A stretch of 64,000 nt of DNA. It comes from a virus. Taxonomy: Duplodnaviria > Caudoviricetes. This document shows positions 50,329 through 58,726 of the stretch, piece by piece. The stretch's first letter is position 1. The number at the start of each line of letters is the position of its first letter. The stretch spans positions 1 to 64,000 of the IMG/VR virus record IMGVR_UViG_3300027842_000093; one strand, given 5' to 3'. Below the pieces are notes generated by a model. The model worked only from the letters and a program-made list of their open reading frames with translations. It was not told the origin of the DNA and made no database searches. The position numbers and the translations under genes are program-made.

Positions 50329-50749
50329 TTACGGGGAACTTATCGCAAGCTACCTGTGTGGAACCTTGTGGTCGTATGCTGAATACGGAGACTACCAGGG
50401 CGATTACGTAGCTTTGATTTACAAAGATTCCAACCTTCTAATTTATAAAGGTTCGTTTGGTTCTTGTAGCGGGTGTGATTGGCTGTCGGATTATTACGAT
50501 AAAGAAATCCCGGATAAAGACGCGCAGGAATACATGAAAGATATGAAACCCTTTCTAACCATTCCATCCGACTCCCTCCCAAAGACAGAAGGGGATTTAA
50601 TCGCTTTGCTGCCAGCTAATACACGAGTTTGGCTGGACGACGAATGGACTGAATTTAAAGTGCATGATATTTTAAAGCAGATAAGTAGCCCGACGTGCGA
50701 CAACCTGGATATTATAGAAACAGAAGCTAAAAGCAAAGGATTTATATGA
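50312..50749 (+). CDS. phage protein (GSCSGCD motif) with DNL tag
   Basis: GDYQGD...FGSCSGCD...CDNLDIIETEAKSKGFI. Confidence 0.7.
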   Translation: MKNPSNYGELIASYLCGTLWSYAEYGDYQGDYVALIYKDSNLLIYKGSFGSCSGCDWLSDYYDKEIPDKDAQEYMKDMKPFLTIPSDSLPKTEGDLIALLPANTRVWLDDEWTEFKVHDILKQISSPTCDNLDIIETEAKSKGFI

Positions 50750-51369
50750 AGCGTATTTTAATTTCTGGCTACATCAAGAAGATTGATTCAAATGGTACGG
50801 ACAATATTCTTGTAGAAACGATTAAGGACCTTCATCCAACATACCGAGATTTGAAGTTGCCCCTACAACAATTCTTTAACGATGGTATGATTGATGCTTT
50901 CGAACACTACAATTTTACATTTAAGCTGAAAATCCCAAGCTCTCTTCTTTATATTTTCAGGTATTACCGCATTGCCGTTCTTACAGAACTCCCAGAGATT
51001 GAACAGCTTGCCTACGTTCCACCTACGTTTCTTAAAGGTGGGCAGAAAATGCCAGATGCTGAAAGCAGTGAGATGAATACCAAATACCAGAACTTCTACA
51101 AATTCCTATTTAACTTTTTTAACAAACTGATTAAGCAAAACGTATCGGTTCATCAACTCGAATTCATCTTACCAGGGGGAAGATTCACTGAATTGTACCT
51201 CACCATGAATTTGAATGATTTGATGCCCTTTTTAAATACAAATTTAAGAAGTGAAATGCCAGAAGTGAAAGAGATAGCGCAAGCGATGCTAGAATATTTT
51301 AAAGAGGAATTTCCGTTGACGGCTTCAGTGTTTTTGGCTCACAATTTTCCTCGTCAGAGCCCGACGTAA
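50746..51369 (+). CDS. degenerate ThyX-like protein
   Basis: AFEHYNFTF, FILPGGRFTELYLTMNLNDLMPFL, EVKEIAQAMLEYFKEEFP follow the ThyX layout; the RHRxxS...SxR signature is missing. Confidence 0.6.
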   Translation: MKRILISGYIKKIDSNGTDNILVETIKDLHPTYRDLKLPLQQFFNDGMIDAFEHYNFTFKLKIPSSLLYIFRYYRIAVLTELPEIEQLAYVPPTFLKGGQKMPDAESSEMNTKYQNFYKFLFNFFNKLIKQNVSVHQLEFILPGGRFTELYLTMNLNDLMPFLNTNLRSEMPEVKEIAQAMLEYFKEEFPLTASVFLAHNFPRQSPT

Positions 51370-51394
51370 AAACGTAATAAAATCAGGTATTAGT
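51366..51394 (+). promoter_or_regulatory. second-class promoter-like motif
   Basis: TAAAAACGTAATAAA-N4-GGTATTAGT. Confidence 0.45.
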
Positions 51395-51414
51395 AAGGGA
51401 CAACTAAAAATTTT

Positions 51415-52032
51415 ATGAATAATGTAACCATAGCTTCAAATACTTCTTTCACAAGTATAGGCACAAATCCATGCCCAATTCATGGATGGCAACCTTGTAA
51501 CTGTGCTGGGATTTACCAATCTTGTTGTTCCTCATGTGGACAATATTATAATGGACTTTCCCATATTTGTGGAACCTCTTACAATTACATTCAATGTAGT
51601 TTTTGTAATCAATTTTATACTCCACAGGCTGGGCATTATTGTCCAAATGTAATTGCCCCCCAGACTTGGAGCACCACTGGAACATTTCAGTTAACGGGAG
51701 TCTCTTTGAAAGAAGTGAAAGAGATTACTACTGATAATGAGTTAACATACGAATGGAATGGCGGTTCGTTTGATATGAAACTCCCATCAAAATTTAATGA
51801 TTGTTTTCTTAAAGTTGGATATACATGGGCTCCTTTGTACCCTTTAATTTTCTCCGCTTTAGAGAATGACGAGAAAACTATTTCATTTCATATGGTTGTG
51901 GGAATTACTGATAAAGTATTTGAGGGAGAGAAAGTAATTTTGAAAGCGGTTACAACGACTAAGATTGAAGACAATTTAACATTGGTGCAACTTTTGGAAC
52001 GCGCTAGAGCATATTTAAAAAAGGACGCATGA
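51415..52032 (+). CDS. Cys-repeat protein with DNL tag
   Basis: CSSCGQYYNGLSHIC and CSFCNQFYTPQAGHYC repeats; ends IEDNLTLVQLLERAR. Confidence 0.6.
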   Translation: MNNVTIASNTSFTSIGTNPCPIHGWQPCNCAGIYQSCCSSCGQYYNGLSHICGTSYNYIQCSFCNQFYTPQAGHYCPNVIAPQTWSTTGTFQLTGVSLKEVKEITTDNELTYEWNGGSFDMKLPSKFNDCFLKVGYTWAPLYPLIFSALENDEKTISFHMVVGITDKVFEGEKVILKAVTTTKIEDNLTLVQLLERARAYLKKDA

Positions 52033-52493
52033 TTCTTCCCGTTAGACTTTACACCGAAGCCGTCCTCAATGCGCCTTGTAAGCCAGTAACTGACTTCAAC
52101 GACCCGGTGCTTGAACAATTGATTCAGGATCTTTTAGAATCTTGTGCTGCTTACAATGGGGTTGGGCTTGCAGCAAACCAAGTTGGAATAGATAAATCCA
52201 TTTGTGTTTTGGATGTTGAAGAACGAACAAAGAAAATGGTTTTGATTAATCCCACTATTGCAATGTATAGTAAAAAGAAGCTTGTTATGCTAGAAGCTTG
52301 CTTGTCGTGTCCAGGGCTTACAGTCCAAATGAAACGTCCAGAGACTCTAGTTGTAGACGCGAATTTGCTTACTGGAGAAAAAGTTAGGTACCAGTTTACA
52401 GGATATGACGCGAAAATAGCAGGACATGAAATCGACCATTTGTTTGGAAAAACGATTGGCAGCACTGTTAAATCTTTGCGCCCCATGGTATAG
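52029..52493 (+). CDS. def: peptide deformylase
   Basis: GVGLAANQVG, EACLS, HEIDH. Confidence 0.92.
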   Translation: MILPVRLYTEAVLNAPCKPVTDFNDPVLEQLIQDLLESCAAYNGVGLAANQVGIDKSICVLDVEERTKKMVLINPTIAMYSKKKLVMLEACLSCPGLTVQMKRPETLVVDANLLTGEKVRYQFTGYDAKIAGHEIDHLFGKTIGSTVKSLRPMV

Positions 52494-52495
52494 TT

Positions 52496-52657
52496 ATGGA
52501 AGAGTATTGTATTTGTGGACATAGTAAATGGATTCATGAATACTTGAACGTAAGAGATATTCCAATTCATGATTTTAGTTGTTCATGTGAAATCTTCAAA
52601 CTCGATAATTTACGATTGGTAGAAGATATTGCAAAGCAAAGAAACTTAACAAACTAA
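52496..52657 (+). CDS. DNL-tag family small CxCGH protein (not in the ORF track)
   Basis: Manual translation: MEEYCICGHSKWIH...CSCEIFKLDNLRLVEDIAKQRNLTN. Confidence 0.8.
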   Translation: MEEYCICGHSKWIHEYLNVRDIPIHDFSCSCEIFKLDNLRLVEDIAKQRNLTN

Positions 52658-53625
52658 GAGGAGATAAGACATGCGTGATACAACATTGTGGGGTCATTTA
52701 CAAACTTTAGGAAGCTATATTCAACAGGTTGAGCAGTCAGCACGATTGGGAATTACAGGCGAAGCAGTTAGGAACGCGGCTCTGCAAGCCCTGATGATTA
52801 AAAAAGGTTTGATTACAGAAGCTGAATTAACCGAAGCTATTGGCGAAGTGATTAAAAAAGCAAACGAACCTAAGCCAGCAGAGGAAGCTCCAAAGGTTGA
52901 GCTTGCAACGCCGTCACCGGAACAAGTTCAGGCAGTAGAGAAGAGTGTCACTGAGGAACCAAAGTAATGGATGAACATCCGTTAGTAATTACAGTTGATG
53001 ATGCATGTTCACGATTGTATATCAACCTTTCTGATGAACAGTTAAAAGAAGTAGCACGACAAGTTGCTGAAATTTTAAAGGGGTCAAAGAAATGAACTGG
53101 AACCCAGAATGCTACCGTTGCCAAAATGAAGGTTGGGTAATTAATACCCTTGGAGTTTATATAGATTGCCCAGTTTGCCGCGACAGCAGGTTAGTTAGAA
53201 TTTTAAAGCAAACTACCTTCAATTTAATTTTAAAGCTTTTTAAAATTTCTTCCGACTATTTGAAAAAACTCAATTGGGCTTCAGAACAAGAAATCCGGTT
53301 CGCACGACTCTATAACGTAGAATTGGAAGGAAAGATAGAAAAAGCACAGAAGCCGCCGTTTGAAAGTTATGAAACCGTCTTTGAAACTGGTAACACGGTA
53401 TTTAAAAATAAGGTGGCGTACAAGCTCATCGGTGACTACCTTGTTGGCTACACAGTTAACTTGGACCTACTACGACTTGCGATAAAAGAGCTTGTAATTC
53501 CTGAAAAGATTGAGGCTGTGTGTGTTTCACTAGAACAGGCACATGGAGCAGCGTTAATGGGAAAAGATAGGTCAGAAGATTTTTACAAAGAGTTGAACAA
53601 TAATTTAAAGAATTAGGATTATTTT

Positions 53626-54282
53626 ATGTTATTTAAAAATCTAAAAAAACAAATTTGTAAGCATGGCCACGATACTTTTGTTTGTGGACGAAACAAATGG
53701 CGTGAGTGCAATGAATGTAAAAAATCTAAAAATCGTATTGATCCCAATAAAGATTCTAGAAGTAGACCCATCTGTATAAATGGTCACGACATTTCTGTTG
53801 TTGGTAGAGATGAGTGGGGAAATTGCAACACTTGTGTTATTATTCGAAAAAATATATGGGATGAAAATAACAGACATAAAATTTCTGAGGATAACAAGAA
53901 ATGGAAAGAAGCACACCCAGATTATTTTAAGCAGTGGAGGGCTAAACACAGGCCCGAAAGTAATGAAAAACATAAAGAATGGATAAAAAAGCATCCAGAA
54001 GTTTTACGAATTGCTAGGATGAAATGTAAAACAAATCGTAATATCCGCATTGTTGCTTGGACGGATTGGAAAAGTATATTAGAATTTGAAAAGAAGAAAC
54101 CAACTGGCATGACAACGGACCATATTATTCCGCTTCAAAATGAGTTAGTTTGGGGTTTGCATGTTTCTTGGAATATGCAGTATTTAACTAAATCAGAAAA
54201 TTCTAAGAAACATAATAAAGTAAATTTAATTGAAGTATCAGAATGGTACGGTAAGATTTTAGAAAAGGAAGGATTAAAATAA
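53626..54282 (+). CDS. HNH endonuclease with two CxxGH modules
   Basis: CKHGH...CNEC, CINGH...CNTC; DHIIPLQ...GLHVSWNMQYLT...N..K.N. Confidence 0.85.
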   Translation: MLFKNLKKQICKHGHDTFVCGRNKWRECNECKKSKNRIDPNKDSRSRPICINGHDISVVGRDEWGNCNTCVIIRKNIWDENNRHKISEDNKKWKEAHPDYFKQWRAKHRPESNEKHKEWIKKHPEVLRIARMKCKTNRNIRIVAWTDWKSILEFEKKKPTGMTTDHIIPLQNELVWGLHVSWNMQYLTKSENSKKHNKVNLIEVSEWYGKILEKEGLK

Positions 54283-54294
54283 AGGAGCTTTTAA

Positions 54295-54822
54295 ATGAAT
54301 GAAGACTTATCAAAGGGCGTAGATATTAGAGAAGAGGTAGAACAAGTTACGATCTCAAAGGCCGACTTGCAAAAAATGCAAGAAACAATAACGCTTCTTT
54401 CTCAACAGTTTCAGAAAGAAGTGGTTCATCCAGCCGCGCCAGCCATCCAGCCAGCCCAAGCTGTTATCACAGCAGATTCCAATGCTGCCAAACCAGAAGC
54501 AGCCAAAGAAGTTATTTTAGAAGAGGTTGATGCCGCTACGCTGTTTAACCAGAATCCTTGGAGAATTGGTGCTAAAGTGCGCGTATCTGAAAAGTACCCG
54601 CAGATTCAAGGTGGAGTAAATTGGAAAGGCCGTGTGGGAACTGTTACAAAGATTACCAAAGCACCTTCAGGCGTTAAGGTTGTGGAAGTAGCTTTCGGTG
54701 ATGTTCAGATTCCATTCCAGAAAGCCCACCCAACAAAGCCTGGGATTATTCAAAAGGGTTATCGCATTCAGAAAGCTATTCAGACATTCGATGACAGTTG
54801 CTTGGAACCAGTGTACGAATAA
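54295..54822 (+). CDS. protein with C-terminal SH3/KOW-like domain
   Basis: WRIGAKVRV...KGRVGTVTKI...VEVAF; AAGGAG RBS. Confidence 0.5.
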   Translation: MNEDLSKGVDIREEVEQVTISKADLQKMQETITLLSQQFQKEVVHPAAPAIQPAQAVITADSNAAKPEAAKEVILEEVDAATLFNQNPWRIGAKVRVSEKYPQIQGGVNWKGRVGTVTKITKAPSGVKVVEVAFGDVQIPFQKAHPTKPGIIQKGYRIQKAIQTFDDSCLEPVYE

Positions 54823-55024
54823 GCCGTGGAAAGTACGTCCAGATAGTGCGGAAGATCTTTATTTTTGCATTTGTGGACACGAATTAATTCACCATTATTT
54901 AACTGGTGATGGTTGTAATTCTTGCTTTTTTGAAAGCAAGCCACAAGATAAATGGCAACACAGGTTTCAACTGGACAACTTATTTTACATCGAAGAACTT
55001 GCCAAAAAACGAGGATTGGTGTGA
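54791..55024 (+). CDS. DNL-tag family small CxCGH protein
   Basis: CICGHELIHH...FQLDNLFYIEELAKKRGLV; start uncertain. Confidence 0.75.
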   Translation: MTVAWNQCTNKPWKVRPDSAEDLYFCICGHELIHHYLTGDGCNSCFFESKPQDKWQHRFQLDNLFYIEELAKKRGLV

Positions 55025-55200
55025 GACTGGATTTGGATAACGTATGCATCTGTTCACACAAATTACGTTTTCATGTTGACCACGAAATTATTGGTATTGT
55101 AAAGTATTGCGTAGGCGATGATATTTGTGTATGTCAGGATTTTAAATTGGACAATTTATCCTACATTGAAGACTTGGCGGAAGAACGAGGACTTGTGTGA
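55021..55200 (+). CDS. DNL-tag family small CxCxH protein
   Basis: CICSHKLRFH...CVCQDFKLDNLSYIEDLAEERGLV. Confidence 0.8.
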   Translation: MRLDLDNVCICSHKLRFHVDHEIIGIVKYCVGDDICVCQDFKLDNLSYIEDLAEERGLV

Positions 55201-55379
55201 TGGATGTTCTTTGTAAATGCGGGCACACACAATCCATTCATTTTCCCGAACTCAAACACTACAAGTGTGCCGGATCTTTTAATGACGGTCTAGAAATGTT
55301 AGATTGTGAATGTAAGGAATTTGATCAGGACAATTTAAGTTACGTTGAGCAGCTTGCAAAGAAAAGGAATTTGATATGA
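55197..55379 (+). CDS. DNL-tag family small CxCGH protein (close paralog of 49641)
   Basis: DVLCKCGHTQSIH...CECKEFDQDNLSYVEQLAKKRNLI. Confidence 0.8.
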   Translation: MMDVLCKCGHTQSIHFPELKHYKCAGSFNDGLEMLDCECKEFDQDNLSYVEQLAKKRNLI

Positions 55380-55850
55380 TACAATGGAAACGAGAGAATA
55401 TTTTTAATTTGCTTTGTCTTTTTGGTGACGACAAACCCCATGGTTGGATGGAGTCGGTGAACTTAGGCACTCGCCTTTTCGTTCACATCCCAATTCAAAA
55501 CTGCAAATTTAAAACCCATCAAGCCAAGTTTGAAGCCTTCTTTCAAAAAGCCATTGAGTATGGTATAATTGAAATGGTCCCCACTGAATACATCGTAAAA
55601 GCGAGGACAAAGAACAACTACATGATTTCCAAAGAGGATTACAATTACAAGCTTTCAGAAAAGGGTGATGGACTTCTTCGACAGGAACAAGCTGAAAGAG
55701 AAGAAGACCGCGCTTTCTACTATAACATGTTCGACCGCTCTGTTGATGGAAAGTTTGGTGTTGACGCATTTGCTCCACTGACGCCAACAAACCTGAACAT
55801 AAAAGACAAGCAAGTTTATAAAGCAAAAGATTTGAAAAGGGGAATTTGAC

Positions 55851-56162
55851 ATGAGCAACCTACATAAGTTGTTTAAAGAGTTACAAAAGTTGGATTACGA
55901 TGATTTTGATTTGTTGTGTGATGCTTGGCGTGAATCTACACAAGTAAAAAACCAGTGTAAAAATATGGGAATTAAGTACAACGATAAATATTTAATTAAT
56001 GCCGTGACGAAGAGAGCAACTTCCAAATTAAATTACCCAGGAGCGGCACCCCCAATAAATCCCCCCGGACAAAATAATCGGGATAAAAAGATTCATCAGA
56101 TAATTGTGGGTGACAATCTGGACATTATTGAAGAGGCCGCAAAAAAGAAAGGATTGATATGA
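55851..56162 (+). CDS. helical protein with DNL tag (paralog of 50026)
   Basis: MSNLHKLF...IIVGDNLDIIEEAAKKKGLI. Confidence 0.7.
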   Translation: MSNLHKLFKELQKLDYDDFDLLCDAWRESTQVKNQCKNMGIKYNDKYLINAVTKRATSKLNYPGAAPPINPPGQNNRDKKIHQIIVGDNLDIIEEAAKKKGLI

Positions 56163-56917
56163 TTTTAAATATACTTGCTGTCATCTTAGGAATTGCTGCG
56201 GTTATTGGAATCCACGAAGCTTCCCACATGCTTGTTTCCAAACTGTTTGGTGTAAAGGTTTTAAAATTCTCCCTGGGGTTTGGTCCAGTTATTTTCTCCA
56301 AAAAGATTGGAGATACGCAGTACCAACTCTCCGCTCTCCCTTTGGGTGGGTACGTCCAGTGCGCTGGCGAGGACCCAGAAAGTAACGTACAGAATGGGTT
56401 TTTCAGTCTACCATGGTACAAACGTTCCCTGATAGCCCTAGCTGGCCCTGTGGCTAACCTTATCCTTGGATTTGGACTAATCTTTGCCCTCCTCGTTTTG
56501 TTCAAAGGATGGCCTATTTTAGCGGGACTGGGACAAGCGTTTAAATTGTGCTCGTTCGTTATTACAACCAGCTTAAAATGGATATTTGGAATGTTACCAG
56601 CAGCCAAAGATGCAGCACAAGGGTCTGGATTATCGGGCCCGATAATGGTGACAAAAATTCTGATGTCCTCAGCCAAAGAGGGAGCGGCACAATTTTTATT
56701 TGTCTTGTCTCTTATTTCTTTAAGCTTGGGGTTGTTTAATCTTTTCCCCATACCTGCACTTGATGGAGGCCACGTCTTTCTGTACACGCTTGAAGGTATT
56801 AGGGGCAAAAAGTTTTCGAACAAAGTGTATTTGGTATGGAATTTTGTAGGGATGCTTTTGCTGGCCAGCTTAATGTTGTACACTTGTTTTTCCGACATAA
56901 CTACCCTGCTTAAATAA
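56159..56917 (+). CDS. RseP/M50 site-2 intramembrane metalloprotease (no PDZ)
   Basis: IHEASH, FSLGFGP, LPLGGYV, AGPVAN, LSGPI, NLFPIPALDGG. Confidence 0.92.
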   Translation: MILNILAVILGIAAVIGIHEASHMLVSKLFGVKVLKFSLGFGPVIFSKKIGDTQYQLSALPLGGYVQCAGEDPESNVQNGFFSLPWYKRSLIALAGPVANLILGFGLIFALLVLFKGWPILAGLGQAFKLCSFVITTSLKWIFGMLPAAKDAAQGSGLSGPIMVTKILMSSAKEGAAQFLFVLSLISLSLGLFNLFPIPALDGGHVFLYTLEGIRGKKFSNKVYLVWNFVGMLLLASLMLYTCFSDITTLLK

Positions 56918-57223
56918 TGGACCCAAAGATTATAAACGACACATTCGAAAAAGATCCACATATTTGTTCGATGTGCGAATGTGGGTCTGGAAATCATTTA
57001 ATTTTCTATTCATGCCCGTTATTCAGTGGACACCCAATCTGCCAGGATTGTTGCATGGTGGATATGATGAAAGACGATATAGATACAAAAGTATCCGCGA
57101 AGTTGGGCAACCCAATAGATAAAGCAACAATCAATTCCATTTGTCGTAGCTGTGGTATGAATAACGCCTGTCAAAATCAAAAGTTGGCTGAGGATTTAGA
57201 ACGAGGAGCACTAGGAGAACCCA

Positions 57224-57886
57224 ATGGCCCAGAACAAGACGGACCTAGAAAAACGCGCTGACGAGGGAGAAGAAAACGCAACACCTCCTTCACCATCTCA
57301 TCCTTTCGATGAGTATGCCCACAGCACGTATGAAGAACTTCTCGAAGAGAGAATCATATTGCTCAATGGTGACATTCGAGAGAATGTAATCGAGAAGGCC
57401 GCAATTCCCCTTATGAAATTGGCTCAAGAAAAAGGCCCAATACAGATTTACGTTAACAGTTATGGCGGTTCAATCAATGACAGCCAAGCCGTTGTGGACA
57501 TCATTTCCACAATAGATAACCCAGTAATCACAATGGCTTTTGGGAAGGCTATGAGTGCGGCGTTTGATATTTTCGTCGCAGGGGATTATAGAATCTCATA
57601 TCCCAATACTGTATTCATGTGTCACAGTGGTGCAGCTTCTTTAGGGCTTCAAACTCTCTCCGCTATCAATGTTGAAGCGAAGCTTCATCTCCAATATTTC
57701 GAGCGTTGGGCAAAATTTTACGCTTCCCGAACCAAAGTGTCTGAGAAAGAATGGATGGAAATTCTTAATAATTCATTAAATCGATATTACTTCCCGGACG
57801 AGGCGTTGGCTAAAGGAATAGTTCACCACATAGTTAGTCCAGGAAACAAACCTCCTATGAAAAGCATTTTAAAAATGAAGTGGTAA
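57224..57886 (+). CDS. ClpP-like protease subunit
   Basis: ERIILLNG, IYVNSYGG, GKAMSAA (catalytic Ser), FMCH, EALAKGIVHHI. Confidence 0.85.
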   Translation: MAQNKTDLEKRADEGEENATPPSPSHPFDEYAHSTYEELLEERIILLNGDIRENVIEKAAIPLMKLAQEKGPIQIYVNSYGGSINDSQAVVDIISTIDNPVITMAFGKAMSAAFDIFVAGDYRISYPNTVFMCHSGAASLGLQTLSAINVEAKLHLQYFERWAKFYASRTKVSEKEWMEILNNSLNRYYFPDEALAKGIVHHIVSPGNKPPMKSILKMKW

Positions 57887-57892
57887 AAAATT

Positions 57893-58714
57893 ATGCGAAA
57901 GCCCTTAGAATTAATAAACAAAAGATTTGGTAGAATTTTAATTACTAAAAGAGTGGGTACGGATAAATGGAATCAATCTATTTGGTTGGGACAATGCGAC
58001 TGTGGAAATTCTAAGATTTTTATAGGAAATAATTTAGTAAAAGGCAGATCCAACTCATGTGGGTGTTTACGAAAAGAATTAATAACTACGCACGGCATGT
58101 CCCACACTAAATTTTATACGACATGGGAAGGTATTATTAATAGATGCACCAATCCGCGAAGCAAATGGTTTAATGATTACGGAGGTAGAAACATTCTAGT
58201 GTGCGGATCTTGGCTTAAGTTTGAAAATTTTATGAAAGATATGTATGAATCCTATCTTTCCCACATTAAAGAGTTTGGTGAAAATAACACTTCCATTGAT
58301 CGTATTGATGTTGATGGTAACTACGAGCCAAATAATTGTAAATGGTCCACTAATAGAGAGCAACAACGTAACAAAAGAGATTCTGCTAAAACCTTTAACT
58401 ATGATCTTCATCTCAAGAATAAAAATAAATTAGCCTCTTTTCTGACATTATGTGTCCGGCGGATACGAAATTATCCAAGCTTTGAAATTAAGTTTGGTAT
58501 TGATGTTATTGGGTTTCGAAAATATATTGAATCCCAATTTGAATCCTGGATGAATTGGGATAATTATGGAAGTGGGAAAGGTAAGTGGAACCTAGGGCAT
58601 AAAGTTCCAGTTTTTAAATTCGATTTGTCCGATCCCGATGATTGTAAAAGATGCTATCATTATACAAATTTCAAACCACAGAAATGGGAAGAAAATATTC
58701 GATGGAAGAATTAA
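57893..58714 (+). CDS. composite HNH-type endonuclease
   Basis: WLGQCDCG...SCGCL; YGGRNI...SIDRIDVDGNYEPNNCKW; second domain MNWDNYG...WNLGH...FDLSD. Confidence 0.8.
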   Translation: MRKPLELINKRFGRILITKRVGTDKWNQSIWLGQCDCGNSKIFIGNNLVKGRSNSCGCLRKELITTHGMSHTKFYTTWEGIINRCTNPRSKWFNDYGGRNILVCGSWLKFENFMKDMYESYLSHIKEFGENNTSIDRIDVDGNYEPNNCKWSTNREQQRNKRDSAKTFNYDLHLKNKNKLASFLTLCVRRIRNYPSFEIKFGIDVIGFRKYIESQFESWMNWDNYGSGKGKWNLGHKVPVFKFDLSDPDDCKRCYHYTNFKPQKWEENIRWKN

Positions 58715-58726
58715 AATGGTAATTTT

